Made by a program: the position numbers and the translations under genes. The notes under the pieces are model-generated. The model did no database searches. It saw only the letters and a list, made by a program, of their open reading frames with translations, and had not been told where the DNA came from. 64,000 bases of DNA, taken from NCBI GenBank assembly GCA_002305675.1, contig DBQA01000007.1:110653-174652 (forward strand), given 5' to 3'. This DNA is from Patescibacteria group bacterium UBA1406. Lineage in GTDB: Bacteria > Patescibacteriota > Microgenomatia > UBA1406. Below, piece by piece: positions 45,316 to 54,391 of this stretch (position 1 is the stretch's first letter; every line of letters starts with the position of its first letter).

Positions 45316-46227
45316 ATGAAAAGGGCCCTTTCCGTGGTCATTCCGGTCTACAAGAACAGGAACCTGTTCCTGGCCAACCTCCGACAAAACCAGTCTTTTC
45401 TGAAGGGCTCTGAGCTGATCATTGTCGATGATGCCCCCGACCCGCTCCTCCAGGAGGCAGTCAAAGACCTTTGGCCTGATGCCAGATACCTGAGGAACCG
45501 CCAGAACCTGGGCTTCGGATTAAGCGTCAACCGGGGGGTCAGGCAGGCCGGCTCTGACTTCGTGCTCCTCCTGAATTCGGACGTTGTCCTGACCGACAGC
45601 AAGATTCTTGATGCCCACTCTACACTCCGCAACGATCCCAATCTTTTCGCCGTCAGCTTTGCCCAGACGGAAAAGGACGGACGGACGGTGGGGGCAAACA
45701 GGGGATATTTCCGGGACGGCCTGTTCCATCATTCCCCCAAAGACTGCCGGCAGGCCTGTCCTATCCTTTGGCCCGAAGGAGGCTCGGCCCTGGTCAATAA
45801 AAAACTGTTCCTGAAACTCGGCGGTTATTCCGGGTTATTTGCCCCATTCTACTGGGAGGACGTGGACCTCGGCTACCGGGCCTGGAAGAGCGGTTACGGC
45901 ACTTTGTTCAACCCGGATATAAAGGTCATCCACCATCATGAATCGACCATCGGCAAGTACTTCCCGAAAAACTTCATCCGGTCCATCGCCTACCGCAACC
46001 AATTTTTGTTCTTCTGGCAGAATGTCACCGACAAGAATCTGTTAACGGAGCATTTCCGGAGGCTGCCCGGGATCATCCTTGGAAACCTCATGAAAGGCAA
46101 CTTTCCCCTGATCTCGGGCTTTTGCCGGGCGGTGATGAAGCTACCCGCCCTCATCAAAGCGCGCCGGATTTTAGTAAAATCCTTTATAAGGCCGGACAGC
46201 GAAGTTATGGCCCTCCACACATCATGA
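45316..46227 (+). CDS. GT2 glycosyltransferase, paralog type of 40456..41271
   Basis: LSVVIPVYKN, IVDDAPD, NLGFGLSVNRG and YWEDVDLGYR. Confidence 0.8.
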   Translation: MKRALSVVIPVYKNRNLFLANLRQNQSFLKGSELIIVDDAPDPLLQEAVKDLWPDARYLRNRQNLGFGLSVNRGVRQAGSDFVLLLNSDVVLTDSKILDAHSTLRNDPNLFAVSFAQTEKDGRTVGANRGYFRDGLFHHSPKDCRQACPILWPEGGSALVNKKLFLKLGGYSGLFAPFYWEDVDLGYRAWKSGYGTLFNPDIKVIHHHESTIGKYFPKNFIRSIAYRNQFLFFWQNVTDKNLLTEHFRRLPGIILGNLMKGNFPLISGFCRAVMKLPALIKARRILVKSFIRPDSEVMALHTS

Positions 46228-47873
46228 AAAGCAACAAGGCGATCATCGGGATCCTGGCGCTTTTGACCCTCGTCTCCTTGTTCCTGCATTTTGTCCGGCT
46301 CAACCAGTCGCCGCCCTGCCTGAACGCCGACGAGGCGGCCTACGGCTACAACGCCTATTCGTTCCTGAAAACGGGCCGGGACGAGTTCGGCAACCCGTTC
46401 CCCGTCTTTCGCCTCCGATCGTTCGGCGACTTTAAGCTGCCGTTCTATACTTATGCCACCGTCCCTTTCGTGGCCGCCTTCGGGCTCACCGAAACCGCCG
46501 TCCGCCTGCCCAACATCCTGGCCGCCGTCATCCTCATCTGGGCGGTCTATTTCCTCAGCCGGCAGTTCTTCGACAACCGCGCCGTCAGTCTTTTGGCGGC
46601 CGCCCTGACCGCTTTGTCCCCCTGGGTGAACGTCCTGTCCATGCATGCCCACGAAGTGGTCCTGGCCACCCTGCTTTTGACAGCCTCTTTTGCTTTTCTC
46701 CTTAGGTTCAGTAAAAGGCACTCGCTACTTGACGGAGCGCTCTTCGCCCTTCTCCTGAGCCTGGCCTTGTATACCTACCACATCTCCCGCCTGTTTTTTG
46801 TTTTCTATGTTCTGATATTCCTTTTCTACAGCCTGAGAAACAAGATCGACTGGCGAAAATCGGCCGTCGTTCTGGCCATGCTCTTTGCCTTTGCCCTGCC
46901 CTTTGCCGTCGCGGAGGTCACCTCACCCCCCCAAAGGCTCTCGAGCCTCCTGATCCTCAACCATCCCGACGTCGAGCTGAAGACACAGGAGCTCAAGACC
47001 GAGCTCCACCGCTCTCCGTTCAGCACTCGGGCCTTCGTGGCCTTCGACCAGGTATTGAAGCGGTACCTCACCTACTTCTCCCCGGAGTTCATGATCTTCA
47101 AGGGCGACACCAACCACCGATTCGGGTTTGAAGGTATCAGCCCCCTGTCGGCGGCGGAGTTCGTCTTCATATTTGTCGGCCTTTTCTACCTGCTCCGTTC
47201 CCGAAATGTCAAAAACCGCGGCATGCTCCTCGTTTTATTGGCCATCTCTCCCATCCCGGCCGCCCTGACCTGGCAGGAATACGCGCTGACACGGACCTAT
47301 TTCATGATCGTCCCCCTCGTGCTCATCATGGCCTATGGTGCGGTCAAACTCTTTTCCGCCGCCTTTCCTTATAAAAAATGGGTGGTCCTCGCGGCCATCA
47401 TGCTCTACGCGCTTTACACCTACCGCAGCTGGGAGTTCTTCTTCTACCACTATCCCCGCCGGGCAAGCGTCGTCCGTTCATGGCAGTGCGGCTATAAGGA
47501 GATGGTCAACGTGGTCCGAGAGAGCTACCACGACTACGACCGGTTCCATATCACCCTGGACAACGGTCAGCCGTACATATACCTCCTTTTTTACCTGAAA
47601 TACCCGCCTGCCGACTTCCAAAAGGTGGCCCGAACCACCGAGCCCGACGAATACGGCTTTACCCAAGTCCTCGGCTTTGACAAGTTTGTCTTCAATATCG
47701 ATAGTTTTGACCAAGCAGCCGATGACGGCCGAAACCTGTTTATCCTTAGCCAGAGCGAAGGGAAGGTCAGAAATGTCCCCGAAGACCGCTACGACAAAAT
47801 AAGGATAGAAACCGAAGAGATGTTCTGGGTCTGCCGCCGCTGCTCCTTACCTCAGGAAGAGGTCAAACCATAG
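46224..47873 (+). CDS. GT-C membrane glycosyltransferase (ArnT/PMT_2-like)
   Basis: Start at 46224 (MKSNKAIIG), ATGA overlap with the GT2. First loop CLNADEAAYGYNAYS. Has a C-terminal soluble domain. Confidence 0.75.
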   Translation: MKSNKAIIGILALLTLVSLFLHFVRLNQSPPCLNADEAAYGYNAYSFLKTGRDEFGNPFPVFRLRSFGDFKLPFYTYATVPFVAAFGLTETAVRLPNILAAVILIWAVYFLSRQFFDNRAVSLLAAALTALSPWVNVLSMHAHEVVLATLLLTASFAFLLRFSKRHSLLDGALFALLLSLALYTYHISRLFFVFYVLIFLFYSLRNKIDWRKSAVVLAMLFAFALPFAVAEVTSPPQRLSSLLILNHPDVELKTQELKTELHRSPFSTRAFVAFDQVLKRYLTYFSPEFMIFKGDTNHRFGFEGISPLSAAEFVFIFVGLFYLLRSRNVKNRGMLLVLLAISPIPAALTWQEYALTRTYFMIVPLVLIMAYGAVKLFSAAFPYKKWVVLAAIMLYALYTYRSWEFFFYHYPRRASVVRSWQCGYKEMVNVVRESYHDYDRFHITLDNGQPYIYLLFYLKYPPADFQKVARTTEPDEYGFTQVLGFDKFVFNIDSFDQAADDGRNLFILSQSEGKVRNVPEDRYDKIRIETEEMFWVCRRCSLPQEEVKP

Positions 47874-48515
47874 CAGGATGCTGGCATGGACGGTGATGGA
47901 TGCCAAGATGTTTTTCCTTAGATAAAAGGCGATTCCCGTAATGAAGCTCATGGTGAAATTGAACAGGAGGTTGAAAAAAAGGTCCGGCCCGCCTATCTTG
48001 AGGGTCAGAGCGCTCGGCAGATAGAGAACGAAAAAGAGCGTGGCCGAAATGAACAGGGAGATGAGAAAACTCTTCGAATGCTTATGGAGGTAGTTGAACA
48101 GAAAGCCCCTGCCCAGGATCTCCTCCGATATGGACGTCGCCAGGGACAACAGGAAAATTTCCCCTATCTTAAAATAATTGACGGCATTATATGTCAACAG
48201 CCTGACGCTATCGGAAAAAAAGAAGGTCAGTATGCCCATCCCGACAATGAAAAAGACCAAGGAAAGGGACAGCATCAGTTCCCGCCCCAGGCCCGTTTTG
48301 GGAAAGCCGACCTGATAAAGGAAGTTGCCGGCCTTTTCGTTCTTTTTCAGATAGATATAGACGGGGATGAGGAAGATGAGGGGCTTGGCCAGAAATTCAG
48401 AGAACCATAAAGGAGGTTGGAAGTTGGCCCGGAAAATGCTCCAGAGGATAACGATTATCCCCCAAGTGGTCAGCATCTTTTCCAGGTTCTGGCTAGGTTC
48501 GGGTTTTTTGCTCAC
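47847..48515 (-). CDS. CPBP-family intramembrane glutamic protease (CAAX protease-like)
   Basis: SISEEILGRGFLFNYL (EExxxR) in a polytopic protein, with a later VHASILLW segment. Confidence 0.7.
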   Translation of the reverse strand: MSKKPEPSQNLEKMLTTWGIIVILWSIFRANFQPPLWFSEFLAKPLIFLIPVYIYLKKNEKAGNFLYQVGFPKTGLGRELMLSLSLVFFIVGMGILTFFFSDSVRLLTYNAVNYFKIGEIFLLSLATSISEEILGRGFLFNYLHKHSKSFLISLFISATLFFVLYLPSALTLKIGGPDLFFNLLFNFTMSFITGIAFYLRKNILASITVHASILLWFDLFLR

Positions 48516-49423
48516 TAAAAGAATGATAGTTGATTGTCCTCCTCTTTGTCAACTGCGGGCACTCTCCTGCCCGTCACTTGCTTCTTGATGCTCCTGAGGG
48601 ATAACCTGTCCAAATAGTCAAGCAGCGCCTGGTTTTTCGGATCCATCTTCAGTCGGCACTTTTCCAGGTCGAAACCCAGATCAAGGTCGGTCAGGATGGT
48701 CGCTAGCTCCTTGGACAGGAGGGCGTCTTCGCGGTGCTCTGCCAACAGGCCCCTGGTCTTCAGGTCCAGGCTATCTGCCTGCCGGTATATCTCCTCCAGA
48801 TTGCCATACTTCTTTAAGAGTTCGGCCGCCTTTTTGGGGCCAATCCCCCTTATCCCGACATAATTGTCAGATGAGTCGCCCACCATGGCTTTGTAGTCGA
48901 TCACTTGCTCCGGACTCACCCCGAGCTTCTCCATCACCGCTTCACTGTCCATATATTCTAGGGCGCTCACCCCCTTGACCGGCATGATGACCATGGTCTC
49001 TTGGTCCACGAGTTGCAGCATATCCTTGTCTCCGGTCACCACGTACTTCTTCAGCGTTCCGTCCCTGTGCCTGACGATGGTGCCGATGACATCATCCGCC
49101 TCATACCCTTCCACCAGGAATTTGGCAACGCCGGCCTTGTCCAAAAACTCCTGCACCAGCGGGACCTGGACCTTGAACTCTTCCGGAGCTTTGGGACGAT
49201 GGGCCTGGTAGGTGGCCAGGAGCTTCTTGCGAAAAGTGGGCTTTGGGGTATCGAAGGCGACGGCCACGTAATCGGGTTCCAGTTTGTCTACCAGGGAAAG
49301 GAACATCTTGATGAAGCCATGGACGGCGTTCGTGGGGGTGCCGTCAGGTGCCGTGAAAGGCGGCAAGGCATGAAAGGCCCGGTGCAGAATGGCCGAGCCG
49401 TCAATGATCATAAATTTTTTCAT
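48515..49423 (-). CDS. Standalone 5'-3' exonuclease (Pol I N-terminal/FEN-like)
   Basis: MIIDGSAILHRAFHALPP, VAFDTPKPTFRK, GYEADDVIGT, VTGDKDMLQL and an H3TH region GIRGIGPKKAAELL. The ATG at 49423 is preferred (TATAAT 6 nt upstream). Confidence 0.88.
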   Translation of the reverse strand: MKKFMIIDGSAILHRAFHALPPFTAPDGTPTNAVHGFIKMFLSLVDKLEPDYVAVAFDTPKPTFRKKLLATYQAHRPKAPEEFKVQVPLVQEFLDKAGVAKFLVEGYEADDVIGTIVRHRDGTLKKYVVTGDKDMLQLVDQETMVIMPVKGVSALEYMDSEAVMEKLGVSPEQVIDYKAMVGDSSDNYVGIRGIGPKKAAELLKKYGNLEEIYRQADSLDLKTRGLLAEHREDALLSKELATILTDLDLGFDLEKCRLKMDPKNQALLDYLDRLSLRSIKKQVTGRRVPAVDKEEDNQLSFF

Positions 49424-49453
49424 GTGCATATTATAGTTCATAATTTCCGATTT

Positions 49454-52414
49454 TCATGATTCCCAGGCCGGACAAACTATCTTGAACGGGCACCAGTCGC
49501 AGTGGATGCCGGTCTTGGGTTCAAAACCACCCTCTTCGATCTCAGCCAGGGTGGTCAGGACATGCTCCCTGACCCCGTCCAGGTCCTTGGTCCTTGCCTC
49601 AAGGGAGAATTTCTCCCCTTTATCCAGGTAATAATAGGTCAGGACAAGCTTGTCGAGGGGGATATTCAAAATGCCCCTGTCCACGGCCGCCAGGGCGTAT
49701 ATACCAAGCTGCAGGGATCGCTTCAGCTCCGACTTCGGCGGCATCTTGCCTGTTTTGTAATCGATGATCTCATACACGTCCCCCTGCCTGTCGATCCGGT
49801 CTATCTTGCCGCTGACCACATACCGTTTGATGCCGTTCTCAAGCTTCAGGACGAAGTTCTTTTCGAGGTCCACCACCTCGCCCCGACTGTTGTGAAAAAC
49901 CTCGAGGTATTTGGTCAGAAGCTCTTCGCCGTGGCGGTAGGCGCTGTTCCTGTGTTTGGCGCTGACATAGCCGAACGGGATAAAGCTGTCGCGGAAATGT
50001 TTCAGGAGCTCCTCCCGGCCAGGGTCAAGGTTGTTCCGGACATCCCGGTAAAATAGCTCCAGGGCGGCGTGGATACTGGAGCCGAACGAAAGCGCCGGCG
50101 AATCCGGCTCCGGGATCCGGATCAAATATCTGAACTCGTACTGCTTGGGACACTTCTCGAATACCTCTATCTGGGAGAACGAATATTTTCTGATGCCGTA
50201 ATCCTGGGGGGTTTTGGGCGTCCCCTCGTCCGGCTTCTTTTTGGCAGACAGGTCAAAGATGGACAGCTGGCTGATCCCGGCCTCCTTTTTGGCAATGACC
50301 TTGGCAAGCTCCTCGGCCGTCACGGTCTCGAGAATGAAGGGGGAGGCTTTTCGCTTCCGTTTGCCCCCGCCATAGAAGTCGGCAAAGGAGAGGTACAGCC
50401 TGTCACGGGAGCGGGTCAGGCCGACATAGAAAAGCCGCCGTTCTTCCTCAAGATGGAAATCCCCCTCGGGCAGGGTCTCCTTGATAAGTTCTTCTGGGAT
50501 GGGCAGGAGTTCCTTGCGAAACCTGTTCGGGAACCTGTCCGAGCACAGGCCCACCAGGAACACCACCGGGAACTCAAGACCCTTGGCCGAGTGCACCGTC
50601 AGGATATTGACCGCATCCTGCCTTTCGAAATCATAATCCTCGGCTGACGGGGAATCGCCGATTTCCAGGGAGAGGTTGATATTGTTGATGGCCTCGAACA
50701 CGCTTACCTCACCCGTCTCCCCCTCCATCTTCTTCAGCTTGTTGAAAAAGCGGGTGATGTTGTTCACCCGGTCTTCGTCCCGTTTACTCTTGATCTCGGA
50801 CAGGGTCTTCAGGTAACCGCTCCTGTCCAGGAAGTCAAAGAGCGTCTGGATGGCGCTCGAGCGGCCGCTTTTTTTCAGCATGTTCTCCAGGACCCCATAG
50901 GCCTTGACCAGGGCGTCCTTTGCAGCCGGTGAGAGGGTAGGAAGCGCGGAACGGACCGGTCTCAGCTCAGTATCGCCGTGGCCGGTGAGATCGGCCGCCA
51001 AAAGGTCGACCGTCTCGAACAGGGACCGGCTGAGCCGGCGGGAAAAGGAGGTCATCAGAAGGATGTCCTTCTGGTGGAGGCCGAAGACGTTCATCGACAA
51101 TATCCGGTAAAGGCTGGTGGAGTCGTTCGGGTCCATAATGAATTTAAGGACGGCTATAAGGTTCCTGATCTCGCTCTTGTAATAAAGAAGGGCCGGCCCC
51201 AGGAACTGGAACGGGATGCCGTACCTCTCCAGGGCCTGGATGACGGGTTTGGCGTGCTCGTTGGCCCGCACTAAGACAGCGATATCGTTGAAGCGGTACT
51301 TCTTTTTGCCGGCCAGCTTTTTGATCTCGGCGACCACGTTTTCGGCCTCCTGGTCCGCGTCGAGTGCTGCCAGCAGCCGGGGCCGCGCTTCCTTATCGCT
51401 TCCCCTGGCAGCCACGAGCCTCTTGCTTATTCCCATCTTCACCTCCAGCGTATCGGGGTTGTTGTTCTGGATAAGCCGGTATGACGAATCCAGGATCTCT
51501 TGGCGGGAGCGGTAGTTGGTGTTCAGGACGAACATGGCCGCCTGGGAATAGTCGGTCATGAAGTTGAGGATATTGGAGACACTGGCACCGCGGAATTTAT
51601 AGATGGACTGGTTGTCGTCGCCGATGACCGTCAGGTTCGGCTTCTTCTCGGGCGGAAAAAGAAGTTTCAAAAGATCGTACTGGACAATGTTCGTGTCCTG
51701 GAACTCGTCCACCAGACAGTATTTGAACTGCTTCTGGAGCGCTCTCTTAACGCTCGGTCTTTCCCGCAGCAGTTTGACCAGGTAAAATATCAGGTCTGAG
51801 AAATCCAGGTAGTTGTTCTCGAGCTTCATCTTCTCGTAATCCCGGTACATCCCCGCGAGCTCAAGGGCCCTTTCGGCCTCCTCACGCCCGGCGCCGTCTG
51901 TAGCGGCCTTCAGTTTCCGGCGGGCGTAGTCCAGGTATTCCCTGGCCGAGATATTCTCATCCCTGAGCCGGGAAAAATGCTCCAAAGCCGCCCGGATGAA
52001 TCCCGTCGGGTTGCCGGTGGAATAGAAATATTTCAGGTCGAACTTGGCCAGGTTGGTCCGGAAGAACATGGTCGCATCCACCTGGGTGATGATCTTGAAG
52101 GCCGGATTGATGCCGATATGCACCCCGTAGTCCCTCAGGATATGGTCGGCAAAGGAATGGAAGGTCATGATCCACGACTGGAAGTAGCCGTAAGGCAGCG
52201 CCTGGTCCACCCTTTCCTCCATCTCCGCCGCCGCCTTCTCGGTGAAGGTCAGGGCTAACACGTTCTGGGGATCGGTCTTCTTCTCCAGGATTATTTTTTT
52301 GACCTTCTCCGTCAGGACATAAGTTTTGCCGCTTCCGGCCCCGGCCACGATCAGGGACGGCCCTTCCAGATGGTCAATGGCTTTTTTTTGCTCGCTATTG
52401 TAGAGCCTGCTCAT
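49454..52414 (-). CDS. UvrD/PcrA-type SF1 helicase fused to a C-terminal PD-(D/E)XK nuclease with Cys cluster (AddA/AddB/Cas4-like)
   Basis: Walker A AGAGSGKTY, LVDEFQDTN and TVHSAKGLEF. C-terminus: KCPKQYEF ... GKIDRIDRQGDVYEIIDYKTGK ... CDWCPFKIVCPAW. Confidence 0.85.
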   Translation of the reverse strand: MSRLYNSEQKKAIDHLEGPSLIVAGAGSGKTYVLTEKVKKIILEKKTDPQNVLALTFTEKAAAEMEERVDQALPYGYFQSWIMTFHSFADHILRDYGVHIGINPAFKIITQVDATMFFRTNLAKFDLKYFYSTGNPTGFIRAALEHFSRLRDENISAREYLDYARRKLKAATDGAGREEAERALELAGMYRDYEKMKLENNYLDFSDLIFYLVKLLRERPSVKRALQKQFKYCLVDEFQDTNIVQYDLLKLLFPPEKKPNLTVIGDDNQSIYKFRGASVSNILNFMTDYSQAAMFVLNTNYRSRQEILDSSYRLIQNNNPDTLEVKMGISKRLVAARGSDKEARPRLLAALDADQEAENVVAEIKKLAGKKKYRFNDIAVLVRANEHAKPVIQALERYGIPFQFLGPALLYYKSEIRNLIAVLKFIMDPNDSTSLYRILSMNVFGLHQKDILLMTSFSRRLSRSLFETVDLLAADLTGHGDTELRPVRSALPTLSPAAKDALVKAYGVLENMLKKSGRSSAIQTLFDFLDRSGYLKTLSEIKSKRDEDRVNNITRFFNKLKKMEGETGEVSVFEAINNINLSLEIGDSPSAEDYDFERQDAVNILTVHSAKGLEFPVVFLVGLCSDRFPNRFRKELLPIPEELIKETLPEGDFHLEEERRLFYVGLTRSRDRLYLSFADFYGGGKRKRKASPFILETVTAEELAKVIAKKEAGISQLSIFDLSAKKKPDEGTPKTPQDYGIRKYSFSQIEVFEKCPKQYEFRYLIRIPEPDSPALSFGSSIHAALELFYRDVRNNLDPGREELLKHFRDSFIPFGYVSAKHRNSAYRHGEELLTKYLEVFHNSRGEVVDLEKNFVLKLENGIKRYVVSGKIDRIDRQGDVYEIIDYKTGKMPPKSELKRSLQLGIYALAAVDRGILNIPLDKLVLTYYYLDKGEKFSLEARTKDLDGVREHVLTTLAEIEEGGFEPKTGIHCDWCPFKIVCPAWES

Positions 52415-53426
52415 TTGCTGATCCCCCCTCTTCTGGATGCCTGCTTTCCTCTTCGCCCGAACCGAGCAGTCTGGTGGTGGTCAGCTTCTGTCCGAGCCTC
52501 ATGAAGAATTTGCTGACATTCTGTAGCTGGTTGTAGGCATTGGTAAAGTGTTTTTCCAAAACGTTAAGCGACTCCTCAACTTTTTCGTAATCGCGTTTGG
52601 TCGACTGTAATATAGCAAGAATTTCCTGGGCTTTCCTCTGGATCGTCTGCCCCTGGAAAGACATCAGGATGGCTTTCAGGTAGGCATAGAAGCTCATCGG
52701 CGACACCACCAGGATGCGCTTACGATGGCAGTGGTCAAAAAGAGGGGCGCTGTTGATGACCTCGTAATAGATGGCCTCGGAGGGGATGTACATCAGGGCA
52801 TAGTCGACGGTACCCTCGTCCTGAAGAATGTACTTGCGGGCTATGTCGTCCACATGTTTTTTGACATCCTTCTGGAACTCCTTTTGGTATTTCAGCTTCT
52901 CCGCTTCGCCGTCGCACCCGTTCATGCGGCGAAAGTTCTCGATGGGGAACTTGGCATCAACCGGAATCAGGTTCTGCCCGACCCTGATGACGGCATCCAC
53001 CTTTTCCCCGCTCTTGAAAGAGTACTGGATGGCAAACAGCTCCGACGGCAGAAGCTGCTTCAGCACCTCCAAAAGCACTTGCTCCCCGATGTTTCCCCTC
53101 AGTTTGGGGCTGCGAAGGTATTCCTGCAGGTCCTTCATGGACCGGCCGATCTCGCTCATCTCGCCAAGATTCTTCTGCACTCCGCCGATAACGGCCGCCG
53201 CCTTGTCCAGCCGCTGGTTCAGGTCGGCCGTATTTTTTTGCAATACGGATACGAAACTGTGGCTTTGCTTATTGATGCTGTCGGCGATGAATTTGGTCAT
53301 GTCGTCCTGCTGCCGACGGGCTTCCCTCTGCTCCTCTTTAAGCTGTTTGACAAGCTCTAGAAGGTGAAAAAACAGGAAGGCGACCAGGATGCCGACGACC
53401 ACTACCACCACCAGTTCCCAACTCAT
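52395..53426 (-). CDS. rmuC: DNA recombination protein RmuC
   Basis: N-terminal TM plus coiled coil, then IPVDAKFPIENF and YALMYIPSEAIYYE, typical of RmuC. Confidence 0.85.
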   Translation of the reverse strand: MSWELVVVVVVGILVAFLFFHLLELVKQLKEEQREARRQQDDMTKFIADSINKQSHSFVSVLQKNTADLNQRLDKAAAVIGGVQKNLGEMSEIGRSMKDLQEYLRSPKLRGNIGEQVLLEVLKQLLPSELFAIQYSFKSGEKVDAVIRVGQNLIPVDAKFPIENFRRMNGCDGEAEKLKYQKEFQKDVKKHVDDIARKYILQDEGTVDYALMYIPSEAIYYEVINSAPLFDHCHRKRILVVSPMSFYAYLKAILMSFQGQTIQRKAQEILAILQSTKRDYEKVEESLNVLEKHFTNAYNQLQNVSKFFMRLGQKLTTTRLLGSGEEESRHPEEGGSANEQALQ

Positions 53427-53476
53427 ACCCCCTATTCTACTATAATTGCGACCGCAAATTAAGTGCCGAGTCCCCC

Positions 53477-53510
53477 AAAAAGAGGAGTGAGGCTCTTGTT
53501 AGAGCCTCAC
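53477..53510 (-). terminator. Rho-independent terminator after the 53545..54066 gene
   Basis: Perfect 10-bp stem GTGAGGCTCT/AGAGCCTCAC (53487-53496 / 53501-53510) with a 4-nt loop. On the minus strand it is followed by TCCTCTTTTT. Confidence 0.75.
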
Positions 53511-53544
53511 CTAAGGAGTGTTAGAGTAGTACTAAGGGCCTTGG

Positions 53545-54066
53545 TTATAGTGTGAGTTCTCCGCAGGTCGTTTGGACCTGCAACTCATCAATGGACTTAT
53601 GGGCATTTATGATATAGGGCGGGTCGGTCCGGAGGTCGTCGAAGATGACGTCAGCCAGGACGGTGGTCGACCGGCCGCCGTTGACCGGATTCAGGCTGTA
53701 GATGATATCTCCCGGCTCCAAGCAGGTACCGTTATGGATATGCACCGGCTGGCTGGTATCGATAGCCGGGTCAGCATCGCCAAGCTCCACCACCACTCTG
53801 ACCCCGTCCTCGGTCTCGGTCAGGGTGGCCCGGCCTGTCTGCTGGTATTGGCTGTCAGGCAGGCTGCTCAGGTTGATCCTTTCCTCGTTACGGTTCAAAA
53901 GGTCCTCCCCGACCGGGGTCGGCTGTCTGTCCGCCGGGGTGGGGCTGGTACCACGGAAGATGTCCACGCCCAACTCTTCCCCTTGCGGGGTCCGCGACAG
54001 CCAGATTAACCCCCCGATAACCAGGAGTCCTAAAATGATGAAAAGCAAAGCTCTGTTCGTTCTCAT
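53545..54066 (-). CDS. Hypothetical membrane-anchored/secreted protein
   Basis: Start moved to the ATG at 54066 (MRTNRALLFIILGLLVIGG), because the track ORF N-terminus overlaps tRNA-Lys. C-terminal PVHIHNGTC...NAHKS is vaguely CHRD/SOD-like. Confidence 0.45.
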   Translation of the reverse strand: MRTNRALLFIILGLLVIGGLIWLSRTPQGEELGVDIFRGTSPTPADRQPTPVGEDLLNRNEERINLSSLPDSQYQQTGRATLTETEDGVRVVVELGDADPAIDTSQPVHIHNGTCLEPGDIIYSLNPVNGGRSTTVLADVIFDDLRTDPPYIINAHKSIDELQVQTTCGELTL

Positions 54067-54138
54067 ATAGTTCCAATAGTATGTTCCGGGCATTAGAATA
54101 GGACCAGAAAAAAGTAAGTATTTTGTAAGAAAGGAGGG

Positions 54139-54210
54139 TGGGTCCACGGGGATTCGAACCCCGAACCAACGGCTTAAAAGGCCGCTGCTCTACCGTTGAG
54201 CTATGGACCC
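54139..54210 (-). tRNA. tRNA-Lys (TTT)
   Basis: Minus strand GGGTCCA TA GCTC AACGGTA GAGC A GCGGC CTTTTAA GCCGT TGGTT CGGGG TTCGAAT CCCCG TGGACCC A. CCA is not encoded. Confidence 0.92.
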
Positions 54211-54223
54211 GATTATAAAGGCT

Positions 54224-54300
54224 TGGTGGTCGCGCCTGGACTTGAACCAGGGACCTTTCGCATGTCAAGCGAACGCTCTAACCAACTGAGCTACGCGACC
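54224..54300 (-). tRNA. tRNA-Val (GAC)
   Basis: Minus strand GGTCGCG TA GCTC AGTTGGTTA GAGC G TTCGC TTGACAT GCGAA AGGTC CCTGG TTCAAGT CCAGG CGCGACC A CCA. Confidence 0.93.
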
Positions 54301-54316
54301 TGTTCGAATACTGGAA

Positions 54317-54346
54317 ATTATATCACAGGCAGTGGCCTCAATTCAA
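54317..54346 (-). promoter_or_regulatory. Promoter for tRNA-Val/tRNA-Lys: TTGAAT-N18-(TGa)TATAAT
   Basis: Minus strand: TTGAAT (54346..54341), and TGATATAAT with TATAAT at 54322..54317. The tRNA 5' end lies 16 nt downstream. Confidence 0.5.
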
Positions 54347-54391
54347 AAAAAGCGTTTCCATTTTGCATCCGTTTTAAGTACAATACTCGGT

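Noticed and set aside
53438-53456. Short inverted repeat TTGCG-AC-CGCAA in the rmuC promoter region
   Set aside because: The arms are only 5 bp and the flanks are not complementary. That is within chance expectation.
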